64,000 nucleotides of DNA from contig DATMKU010000032.1 of assembly GCA_035570935.1 (NCBI GenBank), positions 7,192 through 71,191 of the forward strand, given 5' to 3'. Each line of letters begins with the position of its first letter. The first letter of the stretch is position 1. Origin of the DNA: Stellaceae bacterium. Its GTDB lineage: Bacteria; Pseudomonadota; Alphaproteobacteria; ATCC43930; CGMCC-115725. A model generated the notes under the pieces. That model did not search any database. It was not told where the DNA came from and was given only the letters and a program-made list of their open reading frames with translations. Both the position numbers and the translations under genes were made by a program. Of this stretch, positions 26,577 to 36,727 are shown in pieces.

Positions 26577-27455
26577 ATGCAGCTCGCGCGGATTGGCGGT
26601 TTCGAGGTCCATCGGGTCGCCGAATACGAGGGCCCGTTTCTGGCCCCGGAGGAGTTCTTTCCCGATTTCGACCCCGAAATCGTGCGGTCGAACGCCGAGC
26701 TATTGGGCCCGCGGCTGATCGACCCGGCGAGCGGCAGGCTGATCTTCAGCTTTCACACGTTTGTCGTCAAAACCGGCCATCACACGATCCTGATCGATTC
26801 CTGTCTCGGCAACGACAAGGAGCGTCCGTCCCGGCCGCAATTCCACCGCATGCGCAGCAACTACCTCGCCGATCTGGCGGCCGCCGGGGTCCAGCCGGAA
26901 GCTGTCGATTTTGTCATGTGCACCCATCTGCACTGGGACCATGTCGGCTGGAACACCCGGCTCGAAAGCGGCAGTTGGGTCCCGACCTTTCCCAAGGCGC
27001 GCTACGTCATGGCGCGGCGCGAATACGGGCATTGGGAAGCCATACAGAAACAGGGCGAGGACACGCCGCACCGCCGCGCCTTTGAGGACAGCGTGCTGCC
27101 GGTCGTGCGGACCGGCCAGTCGCAATTGGTCGACGACGATTTCGCGCTCGAAGACGGGCTGTGGTTCGAAGCCGCTCCCGGCCACACGCCGGGCAATGTC
27201 GTGATTCATGCGCGCTCGGGCGACGACGAGGCCGTTTTCATGGGCGACGTGCTGCACCACCCGCTGCAGCTAATAAAGCCGGAATGGTCGACCTTTGCCT
27301 GCACCGACCGCGAATTGTCGCGGAAAACGCGCACTCGGCTGGTCGAAGAGCATGCCGAGGCCGGCACGCGGCTGTTGCCGGCGCATTTCCCGACACCGAC
27401 CGCCGGCCATATCCGCCGCCGCGGCAGCGCCTACCGCTACGAATTCGAGCAATGA
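26577..27455 (+). CDS. MBL-fold metallo-hydrolase (lactonase-like)
   Basis: Carries THLHWDHVG (HxHxDH motif) plus downstream PGHTPG and a conserved His/Asp. A GGAGG-type Shine-Dalgarno precedes the ATG at 26577. Confidence 0.85.
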   Translation: MQLARIGGFEVHRVAEYEGPFLAPEEFFPDFDPEIVRSNAELLGPRLIDPASGRLIFSFHTFVVKTGHHTILIDSCLGNDKERPSRPQFHRMRSNYLADLAAAGVQPEAVDFVMCTHLHWDHVGWNTRLESGSWVPTFPKARYVMARREYGHWEAIQKQGEDTPHRRAFEDSVLPVVRTGQSQLVDDDFALEDGLWFEAAPGHTPGNVVIHARSGDDEAVFMGDVLHHPLQLIKPEWSTFACTDRELSRKTRTRLVEEHAEAGTRLLPAHFPTPTAGHIRRRGSAYRYEFEQ

Positions 27456-27564
27456 AGCAGCACCTGTGACAACCGCCAAGCCGCGCCCAGCCAGGCCCGC
27501 TGGGTTGGTCGGAATAATTAGCGTAAGGTGCTCACCGGTGTCTCTGCGCTAACCGGATAGGAGC

Positions 27565-27846
27565 ATGGCCGCCATGATCCGCCGACTACTTGCAACGACG
27601 GTGCTCCTGCTTCTCGCTGTTGGAGGATTCTGTGGCGCCGGTCCTGGGGAAATCGTACCTTTCAATCCCTTTGGATTGCTATTCTTGGGTCTCTCTCTCC
27701 TGGTTTGGTGCAAGTGGACAATAATTGCGGGGGCTTTCAGTCCAGCGCTGTTCGACGGGATGTGCGCACGCAACAGCGGCACCTTTCGCGCTGTCGATGA
27801 CAATTATCGCCGTGATGGGCAGCGGCCCTATCGCGAAGCAGAGTAG
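27565..27846 (+). CDS. Hypothetical small membrane protein
   Basis: 93 aa with two hydrophobic segments (LLATTVLLLLAVGGFCG and FGLLFLGLSLLVWC). It lies in a locally lower-GC stretch. I recognise no family. Confidence 0.4.
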   Translation: MAAMIRRLLATTVLLLLAVGGFCGAGPGEIVPFNPFGLLFLGLSLLVWCKWTIIAGAFSPALFDGMCARNSGTFRAVDDNYRRDGQRPYREAE

Positions 27847-27987
27847 CGTTACCCACCGTGGCCAGGCCGCGTCGGCGGTTGGCTATGACATTCAGCACGC
27901 ATCTCTGAAGCGGGACCTAATCACATCTATTATGCTGGGCGACGCGCCGGGGCTCGCGACGGAGTGAAGGGCGGCGAGGAGCAACCA

Positions 27988-29622
27988 ATGACCAAGATGA
28001 CGGGGAGCGGGGCGCTCGTCGAGATGCTGCGCCGCAATGGCGTGGATACGATTTTTGCGCTGCCGGGGGTGCAGAACGACGCGCTGTTTGTCGCCTTTTA
28101 CGATGCCGGCGAGGCGTTGCGCGTGATCCACACCCGCCACGAGCAGGGTGCGGCCTACATGGCCTTCGGCTATGCCCGTGCGACCGGCAAGATCGGCGCC
28201 TACGCCGTCGTGCCTGGGCCGGGGTTTCTCAACACCACCGCGGCATTGTCCACCGCCTACGCGACCAATGCGCCGGTCTTGTGCATCAGCGGCCAGGTGC
28301 AATCCGACCTGATCGGGCGCGCCTATGGTCTGTTGCACGAGATCCCGGATCAGCTCGGCATCCTCTCCAGCCTGACCAAATGGGCGGCCCGCACCGACCA
28401 TCCGACCGAAATCGGCAAGCGCGTCAACGAGGCCTTCCGCCAGTTGCGCGACGGCCGGCCGCGCCCGGTCGGGCTCGAAATCCCGCCCGATGTGCTGGCG
28501 CTGGCGACCGAGGTGTCGTTGCCCTCGCCCGAACCCCCGCCATCGCCGACCGAACCCGACACGGACCAGATCGACCAGGCGGCACGGCTCCTCGCCGCCG
28601 CCAAAAAGCCGCTGATCTTTGTTGGCGGCGGCGCCGTCGATGCCGGCGAGGAAGTACTGGCGACCGCGGAAATGTTGCAGGCCCCGGTCGTCTGCTTTAC
28701 CGGCGGCAAGGGCATCGTCAGCGACCGGCATTACCTCGCGCAATCAGGCCTCGCCGGGCACGAGCTGTGGCGCGAAACCGACGTCGTGCTTGCGGTCGGC
28801 ACCCGCCTGCACCAGCCGCAACTGCGCTGGGGCGTCGATCGCGACCTGAAACTGATCCGGATCGATATCGACCCGACCGAGATCACCCGCTTTTTCAAGC
28901 CGGCGCTCGGCATCGTCGCCGACGCGAAAGCCGCGCTTACCGCGCTCCTCCGCGCGCTCGACCGTCACGCGCCGAAACAAACCTCGCGCCAGGACGAGCT
29001 CGAAATATTGAAGGCGGCCACCCTCGCCGGGTTGGAAGAAAAACTCGGCCCGCAATGCGAATATCTGCGGGCGATCCGCGCCGAACTGCCCGATGACGGC
29101 ATCTATGTCGAGGATTTGACCCAGGTCGGCTATGTCGGGCGGATGGCGTTCCCGGTCTACCAGCCGCGCACCTATATCCACAGCGGCTATCAGGGCACGT
29201 TGGGGTTCGGCTTCGCGACCGCACTCGGCGCCAAGGTCGGGCGGCCCGACCGGCCGGTCGTGTCGGTCTCCGGCGATGGCGGGTTCCTGTACAACGTCCA
29301 GGAACTCTCGACCGCGGCGCGACATGGCATTGACATCGTCGCGATCGTCTTTGCCGACGGGGCCTATGGCAATGTCCGCCGCATGCAGAAGGAGGATTAC
29401 GGCAATCGACTGATCGGCGTCGATCTGCAGAACCCACAATTCCCGAAAATGGCCGAGAGCTTTGGTGTTGCCGGGGTCAAGACGACGACCCCCGACGATT
29501 TGCGCCGCGAGCTTGCCGCCGCCCTCAAGCGCCGCGGCACCACCTTGATCGAGGTCGCGGTCGGCGAAATGCCCGATCCGTGGAAGGTGCTGGTCCCGCC
29601 GCGTATCCGTGGCACGAGATAG
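27988..29622 (+). CDS. Thiamine pyrophosphate-dependent enzyme (acetolactate synthase / 2-oxoacid decarboxylase-like)
   Basis: Reads GSGALVEMLRRNGVDTIFALPGVQN (TPP N-terminal domain) and ..VSGDGGFLYNVQELSTAARHGI (GDG..N TPP-binding motif). The ATG at 27988 follows GGCGAGGAG. Confidence 0.88.
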   Translation: MTKMTGSGALVEMLRRNGVDTIFALPGVQNDALFVAFYDAGEALRVIHTRHEQGAAYMAFGYARATGKIGAYAVVPGPGFLNTTAALSTAYATNAPVLCISGQVQSDLIGRAYGLLHEIPDQLGILSSLTKWAARTDHPTEIGKRVNEAFRQLRDGRPRPVGLEIPPDVLALATEVSLPSPEPPPSPTEPDTDQIDQAARLLAAAKKPLIFVGGGAVDAGEEVLATAEMLQAPVVCFTGGKGIVSDRHYLAQSGLAGHELWRETDVVLAVGTRLHQPQLRWGVDRDLKLIRIDIDPTEITRFFKPALGIVADAKAALTALLRALDRHAPKQTSRQDELEILKAATLAGLEEKLGPQCEYLRAIRAELPDDGIYVEDLTQVGYVGRMAFPVYQPRTYIHSGYQGTLGFGFATALGAKVGRPDRPVVSVSGDGGFLYNVQELSTAARHGIDIVAIVFADGAYGNVRRMQKEDYGNRLIGVDLQNPQFPKMAESFGVAGVKTTTPDDLRRELAAALKRRGTTLIEVAVGEMPDPWKVLVPPRIRGTR

Positions 29623-29630
29623 TCACGGCG

Positions 29631-30689
29631 ATGTTCGACAAGGCAAAGCTCGACGCGCTGCGCGCCAAATACGACGGGGCGAAAGAAACCGAGGTCGCGC
29701 CGGAAAAATTCCGCGAGCCGTTGTCATTGGTCTTTGGCAGCGCCTATCGCCGGCCGATGCCTTACGCCGGTATCCCGACCCTGCTCGACGAGCCCTATCG
29801 GCCGGATGCAGCAGACCTGCCCGATTTCGCCGGCCTCGATGTGGCGCTTGTCGGCGTGCCGATGGATCTCGGCGTCACCAACAGGCCGGGCGCCCGCTTT
29901 GGGCCGCGCGCGGTGCGCGATATCGAGCGCATCGGACCTTACAACCACGCGCTCGAAATAACCCCGCGCGGCTTGTGCCATGTCGCCGACATCGGCGACG
30001 TGCCGATGCGCTCGCGCTACAGCCTCGACCAGTCGATCGAGGACATAGCACTCTTCTACGAGCGCATCCGCAAAGCCCGGGTGCGGCCGGTCTCGGTCGG
30101 CGGCGACCATTCGATCACCTTCCCGATCCTGAAATCGCTCGGCGCCGAGCGCCCGGTTGGCCTCGTCCATATCGACGCGCATTGCGACACGATGGGTGAG
30201 GTCGACGGGTCGAAATTCCACCATGGCGGCCCCTTCCGCCAGGCGGTGTTGGCCGGCGCGCTCGACCCCGAGCGCACAATCCAGATCGGCATCCGCGGCC
30301 CAGCCGAGATCTATTGGGGGTTTTCCTACGATTCCGGGATGACGGTGTTGCACATCGAGGATGTCGATCGGCTCGGCATCGCCGCCGTCGTCGAACGGGC
30401 GCGGGCGGTGGTTGGCGATGGCCCGACCTACATCTCGCTCGATGTCGACGGGCTCGACCCGGCCTTTGCCCCCGGCACCGGCACGCCCGAGGCCGGCGGC
30501 CTCTCCCCGCGCGAGGCGCAAGCGATCTTGCATGGGCTAAAGGGTCTCGACATCGTCGGCGGCGACGTCGTCGAGGTCGCCCCGCAATACGACGCCACCA
30601 CCAACACCGCGATGGTCGGCGCGCAAATGCTGTTCGAGATCTTCTCGCTCACCACGCTCGGGCGCCATTTCCGCCGCCGCGCGGGCTGA
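29631..30689 (+). CDS. Agmatinase/ureohydrolase family protein (guanidino-acid hydrolase-like)
   Basis: Carries the Mn-binding motifs GGDHSITFP, HIDAHCDT and SLDVDGLDPAFAPGTGTPE. It starts 8 nt after the TPP enzyme stop. Confidence 0.9.
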   Translation: MFDKAKLDALRAKYDGAKETEVAPEKFREPLSLVFGSAYRRPMPYAGIPTLLDEPYRPDAADLPDFAGLDVALVGVPMDLGVTNRPGARFGPRAVRDIERIGPYNHALEITPRGLCHVADIGDVPMRSRYSLDQSIEDIALFYERIRKARVRPVSVGGDHSITFPILKSLGAERPVGLVHIDAHCDTMGEVDGSKFHHGGPFRQAVLAGALDPERTIQIGIRGPAEIYWGFSYDSGMTVLHIEDVDRLGIAAVVERARAVVGDGPTYISLDVDGLDPAFAPGTGTPEAGGLSPREAQAILHGLKGLDIVGGDVVEVAPQYDATTNTAMVGAQMLFEIFSLTTLGRHFRRRAG

Positions 30690-30810
30690 TGGGGTCTTGC
30701 CGCACGGGGCACCCGACCGTGCGTCCGATCGGCGCCGCGGCGCGGCTATTGCGCCGCGATCATAAAGCCCGGCCTAATGCGCCAACTCCGAACGTTGTGA
30801 GGCCAGACCG

Positions 30811-32307
30811 GTGCCGCGCGTCCTGACCGCCCGATTTATGCACGAAACCAACACCTTCAGCCGTGTCATGACCGACATGGTGCTGATCCGCCGACGCGAC
30901 TTTCATCTCGAAAACGAGATCCCGCAGGCGTTTGGCGGCACCCGTTCGGCGCTTGGCGCCACCTTTGAGGCCGCGGACAAATACGGCTGGAGCCTCATTC
31001 ACCCGGTCTCGGCCAACCCCAACCCGTCGGGCGTCGTCACCGACGACGCGTTCGAAACGATCGCCGCAATGATCCTCGATGCCATCGACATGAAGGGTCC
31101 GATCGACGGCGTGTTGCTGCATCTGCACGGCGCGATGGTCGCGCAAAGCCACGAGGATGCCGAGGGCGAATTGCTGGCACGGCTGCGCGATAAGCTCGGG
31201 TCGCAGGTGCCGGTGGTCGTCACCCTCGACCTGCACGCCAACGTGACCCAAAGGATGGCGGAAAATGCCAATGCGCTGATCGCGTTCCGCACCTATCCGC
31301 ATGTCGATATGTACGAGCGCGCCTGGCAGGGCGCCGACCTCCTCGATCGCGCGATCAAGCGCGAGATTCGGCCGGTGACGATGATCGCCCGCCGGCCGAT
31401 GATCTACGGACTCGACCGCGGCCGCCACCGGAGCCCGCCGATGGCCGAACTGCTCGCCCGGGCCGAGCGGATCGAACAACGCGGCGATGCTTTGGCGGTC
31501 AGCATCTGCGCCGGGTTCAGCCGCGCCGACATTCGCGATGTCGGCCCGTCGGTGACGGTCACAACCGACGGCGCCGATCCGCATGGCCAGGCGATCGCCG
31601 AGAGCTTTATGGACCACGCTTGGGAGACCCGCGATTTCAGCAGCTTCACGTTGTTGTCGGTCGCCGCGGCGGTGGCTCTGGCAAAACAGGGCAAATTCGG
31701 CGACAAGCCGCTCCTCGTCGCCGACTACACCGACAATCCGGGCGGGGGCGGGTATGGCGACGCGACCGCGTTTCTAAAGGGCCTCGTCGAAGGCGGCGTC
31801 GACGGGGTCGCGTTTCACGCGATCTGCGACCCCGATGCGGTCAGCCAGGGAATGCGCGCTGGGGTCGGGACCAAGACCGCGCTGACGCTCGGCGGCAAGA
31901 CCGATCCCCTGATGGGCGGCGGCCCATTGACCCTGGATGGCGAGATCGTCTGCCTGACCAACGGCAAATTCATCGCCCATGGGCCGATGGGCGGCGGCGT
32001 CGAGCGCAATTACGGGCCGTCGATGGTGTTCCGCGTCGGCGGCATCGACATCGTCGTCATCACCAACAACGGTCAGGCGACCGACCTCGGCCAGTTTAGG
32101 TCGCTCGGGATCGACCCGACCCTCTACCGGACCGTCGCGGTCAAATCGATGCAGCATTTTCGTGCCGCCTTCGAGCCGATCGCCCGCGAAGTCGTGCTGG
32201 TCGACACCGGTGCGTTGTGCTCGGAAATCTACACGCCCGAACTGTTCACCAAGGTCCGCCGTCCGGTCTGGCCGCTCGATCCGATCGCCGACCCGCGCAC
32301 TCCGTAG
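30811..32307 (+). CDS. M81 family metallopeptidase (MlrC / DUF1485-like)
   Basis: Reads (GTG)PRVLTARFMHETNTFS...GVLLHLHGAMV...TLDLHANV... and has the typical ~500 aa length. Confidence 0.8.
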   Translation: MPRVLTARFMHETNTFSRVMTDMVLIRRRDFHLENEIPQAFGGTRSALGATFEAADKYGWSLIHPVSANPNPSGVVTDDAFETIAAMILDAIDMKGPIDGVLLHLHGAMVAQSHEDAEGELLARLRDKLGSQVPVVVTLDLHANVTQRMAENANALIAFRTYPHVDMYERAWQGADLLDRAIKREIRPVTMIARRPMIYGLDRGRHRSPPMAELLARAERIEQRGDALAVSICAGFSRADIRDVGPSVTVTTDGADPHGQAIAESFMDHAWETRDFSSFTLLSVAAAVALAKQGKFGDKPLLVADYTDNPGGGGYGDATAFLKGLVEGGVDGVAFHAICDPDAVSQGMRAGVGTKTALTLGGKTDPLMGGGPLTLDGEIVCLTNGKFIAHGPMGGGVERNYGPSMVFRVGGIDIVVITNNGQATDLGQFRSLGIDPTLYRTVAVKSMQHFRAAFEPIAREVVLVDTGALCSEIYTPELFTKVRRPVWPLDPIADPRTP

Positions 32308-32424
32308 TACCCGAAGATCGTCGGAACCGGGGCCGCGGCGCCATGGTTCATCGTAGTAAGCGGCCGGCGCGATCGACTCGGACGCGAGTGCCACGGAACC
32401 GCGGCATGCCGCAAGGAAGCGACC

Positions 32425-33486
32425 ATGGACGACCAGCGGGAGCCGATCGGCGCCGGCAATGCGCGCGAGACGCCGGTCGTCATTGGGGCGCCGGGCAGGC
32501 GCGCGCCCTCATGGGTGATTCTGCTCGCCGCTTCGCTGGTCGCTCTTGGCGTTTTCAGGCGGCAGCGTCCCGCACCGATTTTGGCGACCGTTGACCGCGG
32601 GTCCGGCGAAGCGAAGCGCGACGGTCAGACGCAGACACCATCGCCGATCCCCGGACGAGGATGGAAGGACGTCCTCCTTCGCGTCTTCCGAGGTATCTCG
32701 GAGGACCGGATCATGTTGATCGGCGCCGGCGTCACCTATTACGCCATTCTTGCTCTGTTCCCGGGCATCGGGGCCATTGTCGCCATCTATGGCCTGTTTG
32801 CCGACCCAAGCAGCATCGCCGCTCATCTCGATACATTGTCGGGTGTTGCGCCGGCCGGTGCCGTCGGCGTGCTGCGCGACCAGCTGATGCGCCTCGCCCA
32901 TCAAAACAGGGCCGCGCTCGGCTTCAGTTTCGCCGTCAGCCTGGTGATCGCGCTGTGGAGCGCCAACGCCGGCGTCTCGGGGCTCTTCGAGGCTCTCACC
33001 GCGGTCTACGAAGAGAAAGAAAAGCGCAGCCTTGTCAAATACTATGCCACGACCTTGGCGTTTACGGCTGGAATTATTGTCCTCGTGCTATTGTCACTCG
33101 CCATCCTGATCGTTCTCCCGCTTGTCCTTGACCATATCGCGCATCCCGGCGTGCCACCCGTGCTGTTGAAGATAATCAGATGGCCCATCCTGTTCGTGCT
33201 GATCGTTTTGGCGCTCTCCGTAATTTATAGATACGGTCCCAGCCGCAGCGCACCGCGATGGCGGTGGATCACCTGGGGCAGCGCCTTTGCCGCGGTCGCA
33301 TGGCTCGCCGTTTCCGCCCTCTTTTCCTGGTACGTCGCCAATTTCGGCAGCTACGACAAGACCTATGGCTCGCTCGGGGCAATCATCGGCTTTATGACCT
33401 GGATGTGGCTGTCGATCGTCGTCGTCCTCGTCGGGGCCAAGCTCGACGAGGTACTGGAGCGGCCCGTCGCGGACGGTGAGAGTTAA
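32425..33486 (+). CDS. YihY/BrkB family membrane protein (formerly 'ribonuclease BN-like')
   Basis: Reads GAGVTYYAILALFPGI...SLVIALWSANAGVSGLFEALTAVYEE.EKRS...YRYGPSR...GSLGAIIGFMTWMWLS. The protein is multi-pass. Confidence 0.88.
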   Translation: MDDQREPIGAGNARETPVVIGAPGRRAPSWVILLAASLVALGVFRRQRPAPILATVDRGSGEAKRDGQTQTPSPIPGRGWKDVLLRVFRGISEDRIMLIGAGVTYYAILALFPGIGAIVAIYGLFADPSSIAAHLDTLSGVAPAGAVGVLRDQLMRLAHQNRAALGFSFAVSLVIALWSANAGVSGLFEALTAVYEEKEKRSLVKYYATTLAFTAGIIVLVLLSLAILIVLPLVLDHIAHPGVPPVLLKIIRWPILFVLIVLALSVIYRYGPSRSAPRWRWITWGSAFAAVAWLAVSALFSWYVANFGSYDKTYGSLGAIIGFMTWMWLSIVVVLVGAKLDEVLERPVADGES

Positions 33487-33622
33487 AGGCGTTCGAGCCT
33501 GGGTCTTTAGGCACCTCCCCGTCACTCTCGTTGAAAATCGGTATCCACGCAGCTTTCGTCGGGCATGACGATGTCGCGGCGAAAGAACTAGGATGCTGCG
33601 GCAAGACCGAGGGAGGGAGAAG

Positions 33623-35245
33623 ATGGCAGGGCAGCAAGAAAGCTTCGAGGCCGATTTTGTCGTGATCGGTGCGGGGTCGGCGGGGTGTGCTGTCGCGGCG
33701 CGGCTCAGCGAGGACCCGGGAACGCGGGTTCTGCTGCTGGAGGCCGGCGGCGAGGACAAAAACCGCTGGATCCACATTCCATTGGGTTTTGGCAAGACCT
33801 TTGCCGATCCGTCGGTCAATTGGTGCTACGAGACCGAGCCCGATCCGGGTGCTGCCGACCGCAAGGTGTTCTGGCCGCGCGGAAAAGTCTTGGGCGGCTC
33901 GTCATCGATCAACGGCATGGTCTATATCCGCGGCCAGGCCGAGGATTTCGACCATTGGCGCCAGCTTGGCAACACCGGCTGGTCGTTTGACGACGTGCTT
34001 CCCTATTTCAAGCGCTCCGAGCACCAGACGCGGGGTGCCGATGCCTTTCATGGCACCGGCGGCCCGCTCTGCGTTTCCGATGTGCCCGACCGTCACCCGA
34101 TCTGCGAGGCGTTTATCGACGCCGCCATGTCGCTGGGCTTCCCGCGCAACGACGATTTCAACGGCGCCGGCCAGGATGGTGTCGGCTATCACCAGACGAC
34201 GACGAAGAACGGCAGACGATGCTCGACCGCCGTCGGTTATTTGCGCCCGGCGATGAACCGCTCCAATCTGCGTGTCATCACCAATGCGCTGACCGAAAAA
34301 ATTACCTTCGACGGGCGGCGCGCGACCGGCGTCGTCTTTCGGCTCGACGGCCAAACCCGCACGGCGCGGGCGGCGAGCGAGGTCGTCCTGTGCGGTGGTG
34401 CGGTCAACTCGCCGCAATTGCTGATGTTGTCGGGGGTCGGCCAGGCCGAGCATCTTGTCGCCCGCGGCGTCCCGGTCGTGCACCACCTGCCGGGCGTTGG
34501 GCAGAGCCTCCAAGACCACTATTCCGCACCGCTTAAGTTCAAATGCACGATGCCGGTCACCGTCAACGACGTCATGCAGAGCAATTTGAAAAAGCTGAAG
34601 GCCGGGCTGCAATACTACACCTTCAAAACCGGCCCATTGGCGATGGGCACGTCGCCCGCGGCGTTGTTCGCCCGCACCCGGCCCGAGCTCGCTTCGGCCG
34701 ACATCAAATGCTCATGCTCGCCGTTTAGCGCCGACCGGCCGCAGGACGGGCTGCATCCGTGGTCGGGGTTTACGACGATCGTCTATCAGCTGCGGCCGGA
34801 AAGCCGCGGTCAGATCGAATTGAAGAGTGCCAACCCGGCCGACCCGCCGGCGGTCTATCCGAATTACCTCGCGACCGAGACCGATCGGCAAACCATCGTC
34901 GAGGGGCTCAAGCTGCTGCGCCGCATCATGGCCACCCCGCGGATGCAGCGCTTTGTCGAGTCGGAGTTCCAGCCCGGCCCGGCGATCGAGAGCGACGAAC
35001 AGCTCCTCGATTATGCGCGGCGGCGCGGCGGCACGGTGTATCACCCGACCAGCACGTGCAAGATGGGGGTCGATGCGATGGCGGTCGTCGATCCCGAATT
35101 GCGGGTACACGGCCTCGACGGCTTGCGCGTCGCCGACGCCTCGGTCATGCCGACCGTCGTCTCCGGCAACACCAACGCCGCGACGATCATGATCGGCGAG
35201 CGCGCCGCCGACATGGTGCGGCAACGGATGCGCCTCGCAGCATAG
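33623..35245 (+). CDS. GMC family oxidoreductase (choline dehydrogenase-like)
   Basis: Reads DFVVIGAGSAGCAVAARLSEDP..VLLLEAGG...GKVLGGSSSINGMVYIRG...HPTSTCKMG...VADASVMP. The ATG at 33623 follows GGGAGGGAGA. Confidence 0.92.
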   Translation: MAGQQESFEADFVVIGAGSAGCAVAARLSEDPGTRVLLLEAGGEDKNRWIHIPLGFGKTFADPSVNWCYETEPDPGAADRKVFWPRGKVLGGSSSINGMVYIRGQAEDFDHWRQLGNTGWSFDDVLPYFKRSEHQTRGADAFHGTGGPLCVSDVPDRHPICEAFIDAAMSLGFPRNDDFNGAGQDGVGYHQTTTKNGRRCSTAVGYLRPAMNRSNLRVITNALTEKITFDGRRATGVVFRLDGQTRTARAASEVVLCGGAVNSPQLLMLSGVGQAEHLVARGVPVVHHLPGVGQSLQDHYSAPLKFKCTMPVTVNDVMQSNLKKLKAGLQYYTFKTGPLAMGTSPAALFARTRPELASADIKCSCSPFSADRPQDGLHPWSGFTTIVYQLRPESRGQIELKSANPADPPAVYPNYLATETDRQTIVEGLKLLRRIMATPRMQRFVESEFQPGPAIESDEQLLDYARRRGGTVYHPTSTCKMGVDAMAVVDPELRVHGLDGLRVADASVMPTVVSGNTNAATIMIGERAADMVRQRMRLAA

Positions 35246-35251
35246 CCGTTG

Positions 35252-35279
35252 GCCGATCCGACCCGCCCGGCGGATCGGC
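35252..35279 (+). terminator. Hairpin downstream of the GMC oxidoreductase gene (9-bp stem gccgatccg/cggatcggc, 10-nt loop)
   Basis: It starts 7 nt after the stop at 35245 and is followed by only tt. This is a weak intrinsic terminator candidate. Confidence 0.4.
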
Positions 35280-35500
35280 TTCCAGCGGCTTCGGTCGGTA
35301 ATGGCTCAGTTTGAATTTCCGCAAAAGCCTGGACACAGACCTGCATCTCGCGCCATGAACGGACATTGGGGCGACACTGAAGGTCCGGCGCATTCGTATG
35401 CTGCGGAGTTCATGCAGTGACGGGGATCGTCTGCGGAGAAAACGAAGCTTCGAGTCCTGACTCCCTCTCAAGATAGGAGGAGGGCGACTGTGGCGGTCTC

Positions 35501-36136
35501 TTATTCCTTGAGCGATCCTGGACCGCTGACGAACGGACTGTCCCGAAGATAAAATCGCAGGAGGCGGTTCGCATCCCGCGAAATGCCGATCCTAATGCTC
35601 TGCCCGATCTCGCCGGGTTCGTAGTCACCGCGTCGGAGCCATAGAGGGCCTTCTCGGCAAAGATCGAGCCCATCGAGCCAACGATCAACCCGCAACGCCG
35701 CGGCGAGCCTTCCTGGCCCTCGCGCCAAATCGCGCAAGCGCTCGATGCCGCGATTTAGCCGCATGATCGGGATGCCTTCGAGCGGCTCAAGCGCCCTGAT
35801 CAGGACGCCGGCTCCGATCCCGGGCATCTCGCTCGAGACATTCAGCATGTATGAGCTGCCGTAGGCGAGATAGATATAGGCGTGCCCACGATCGAGAAAC
35901 AGCGAACGATTACGTCGAGTCATCCCCCCGTAGGCGTGCCCGGCGGCGTCGCCGACGACATACGCCTCGGTCTCAACAATACGACCACTGGCGACGCCTT
36001 CAGGCAACTCCCGCACCAATACCTTGCCAATGAGATAGCGGGCGAGAGAGACCGTATCAATCGGCAGCTCCGAGCGAGCGAGCGGCAAATCGCCATCCTT
36101 ACGGCGGCCAGGTTTCAGGGCATCCGCTCGACCCAT
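35501..36136 (-). CDS. DNA-3-methyladenine glycosylase (Mpg/AAG family)
   Basis: Reads LARYLIGKVLV...GRIVETEAY...D.AGHAY.G.T.RN..LF...GHAYIYL.YG....NV. Confidence 0.88.
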   Translation of the reverse strand: MGRADALKPGRRKDGDLPLARSELPIDTVSLARYLIGKVLVRELPEGVASGRIVETEAYVVGDAAGHAYGGMTRRNRSLFLDRGHAYIYLAYGSSYMLNVSSEMPGIGAGVLIRALEPLEGIPIMRLNRGIERLRDLARGPGRLAAALRVDRWLDGLDLCREGPLWLRRGDYEPGEIGQSIRIGISRDANRLLRFYLRDSPFVSGPGSLKE

Positions 36137-36491
36137 TGCGCCCGCGAAGGCCCCGACTCGAACGGGTCGCCGAAATACCGGGTCTCGCGGGCCGCGTTCC
36201 CAAGGAACTCCATGATGCTCACGGTGTAATACGGCCGCCCGTCATAGGTTAGGACATATTCAGTGACCCAGAAGTCGCCCGCGCCGATTATCCGCCGCAC
36301 CGCGAAGCGTTTCCGGTTCGGCTGCGCGGCGCGAGACGACCAAATCGTCCGCGTCCGCGGATGCGCTCGCCGAATTGCGGATATTCGAGCACCGTGTCCT
36401 TTCGGCAAATCTGGTGCTCCCTCTCGAGGTCGTTCGCATCGGAGGCGGCCCAGTGGCGATCCAGAGCCGCGCGAATCTCTCGGTCTTCCAT
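36115..36491 (-). pseudogene. NTF2/SnoaL-like family protein with one frameshift
   Basis: The N-terminal part MEDREIRAALDRHWAASDANDLEREHQICRKDTVLEYPQFGERIRGR is in the frame of 36288-36632. It continues ..SRAAQPNRKRFAVRRIIGAGDFWVTEYVLTYDGRPYYTVSIMEF..ARETRYFGDPF in the frame of 36115-36408. The frame switch is near 36348-36352. Confidence 0.75.
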
Positions 36492-36727
36492 GTCAAATCT
36501 CCTTGACCAACGCCGTCGACGTTGAGCCGTCGTACCATGCGCTGCCCTGGAACAGGCCTTCCAGAAGGGGCAGGAGGGCCATTCCCAGCACGAAGGCTGA
36601 GTGGCCGAGAAGGATCGAAAGCCGAAATTCAAACGAAGACACTACCGTTTGTCGGCGGAATCGACTTTCGGGTATCGCTGTGCAAAAAATGGCGCGTGCT
36701 GTTGCGGGCTTACAGGGAGGACAGCCG

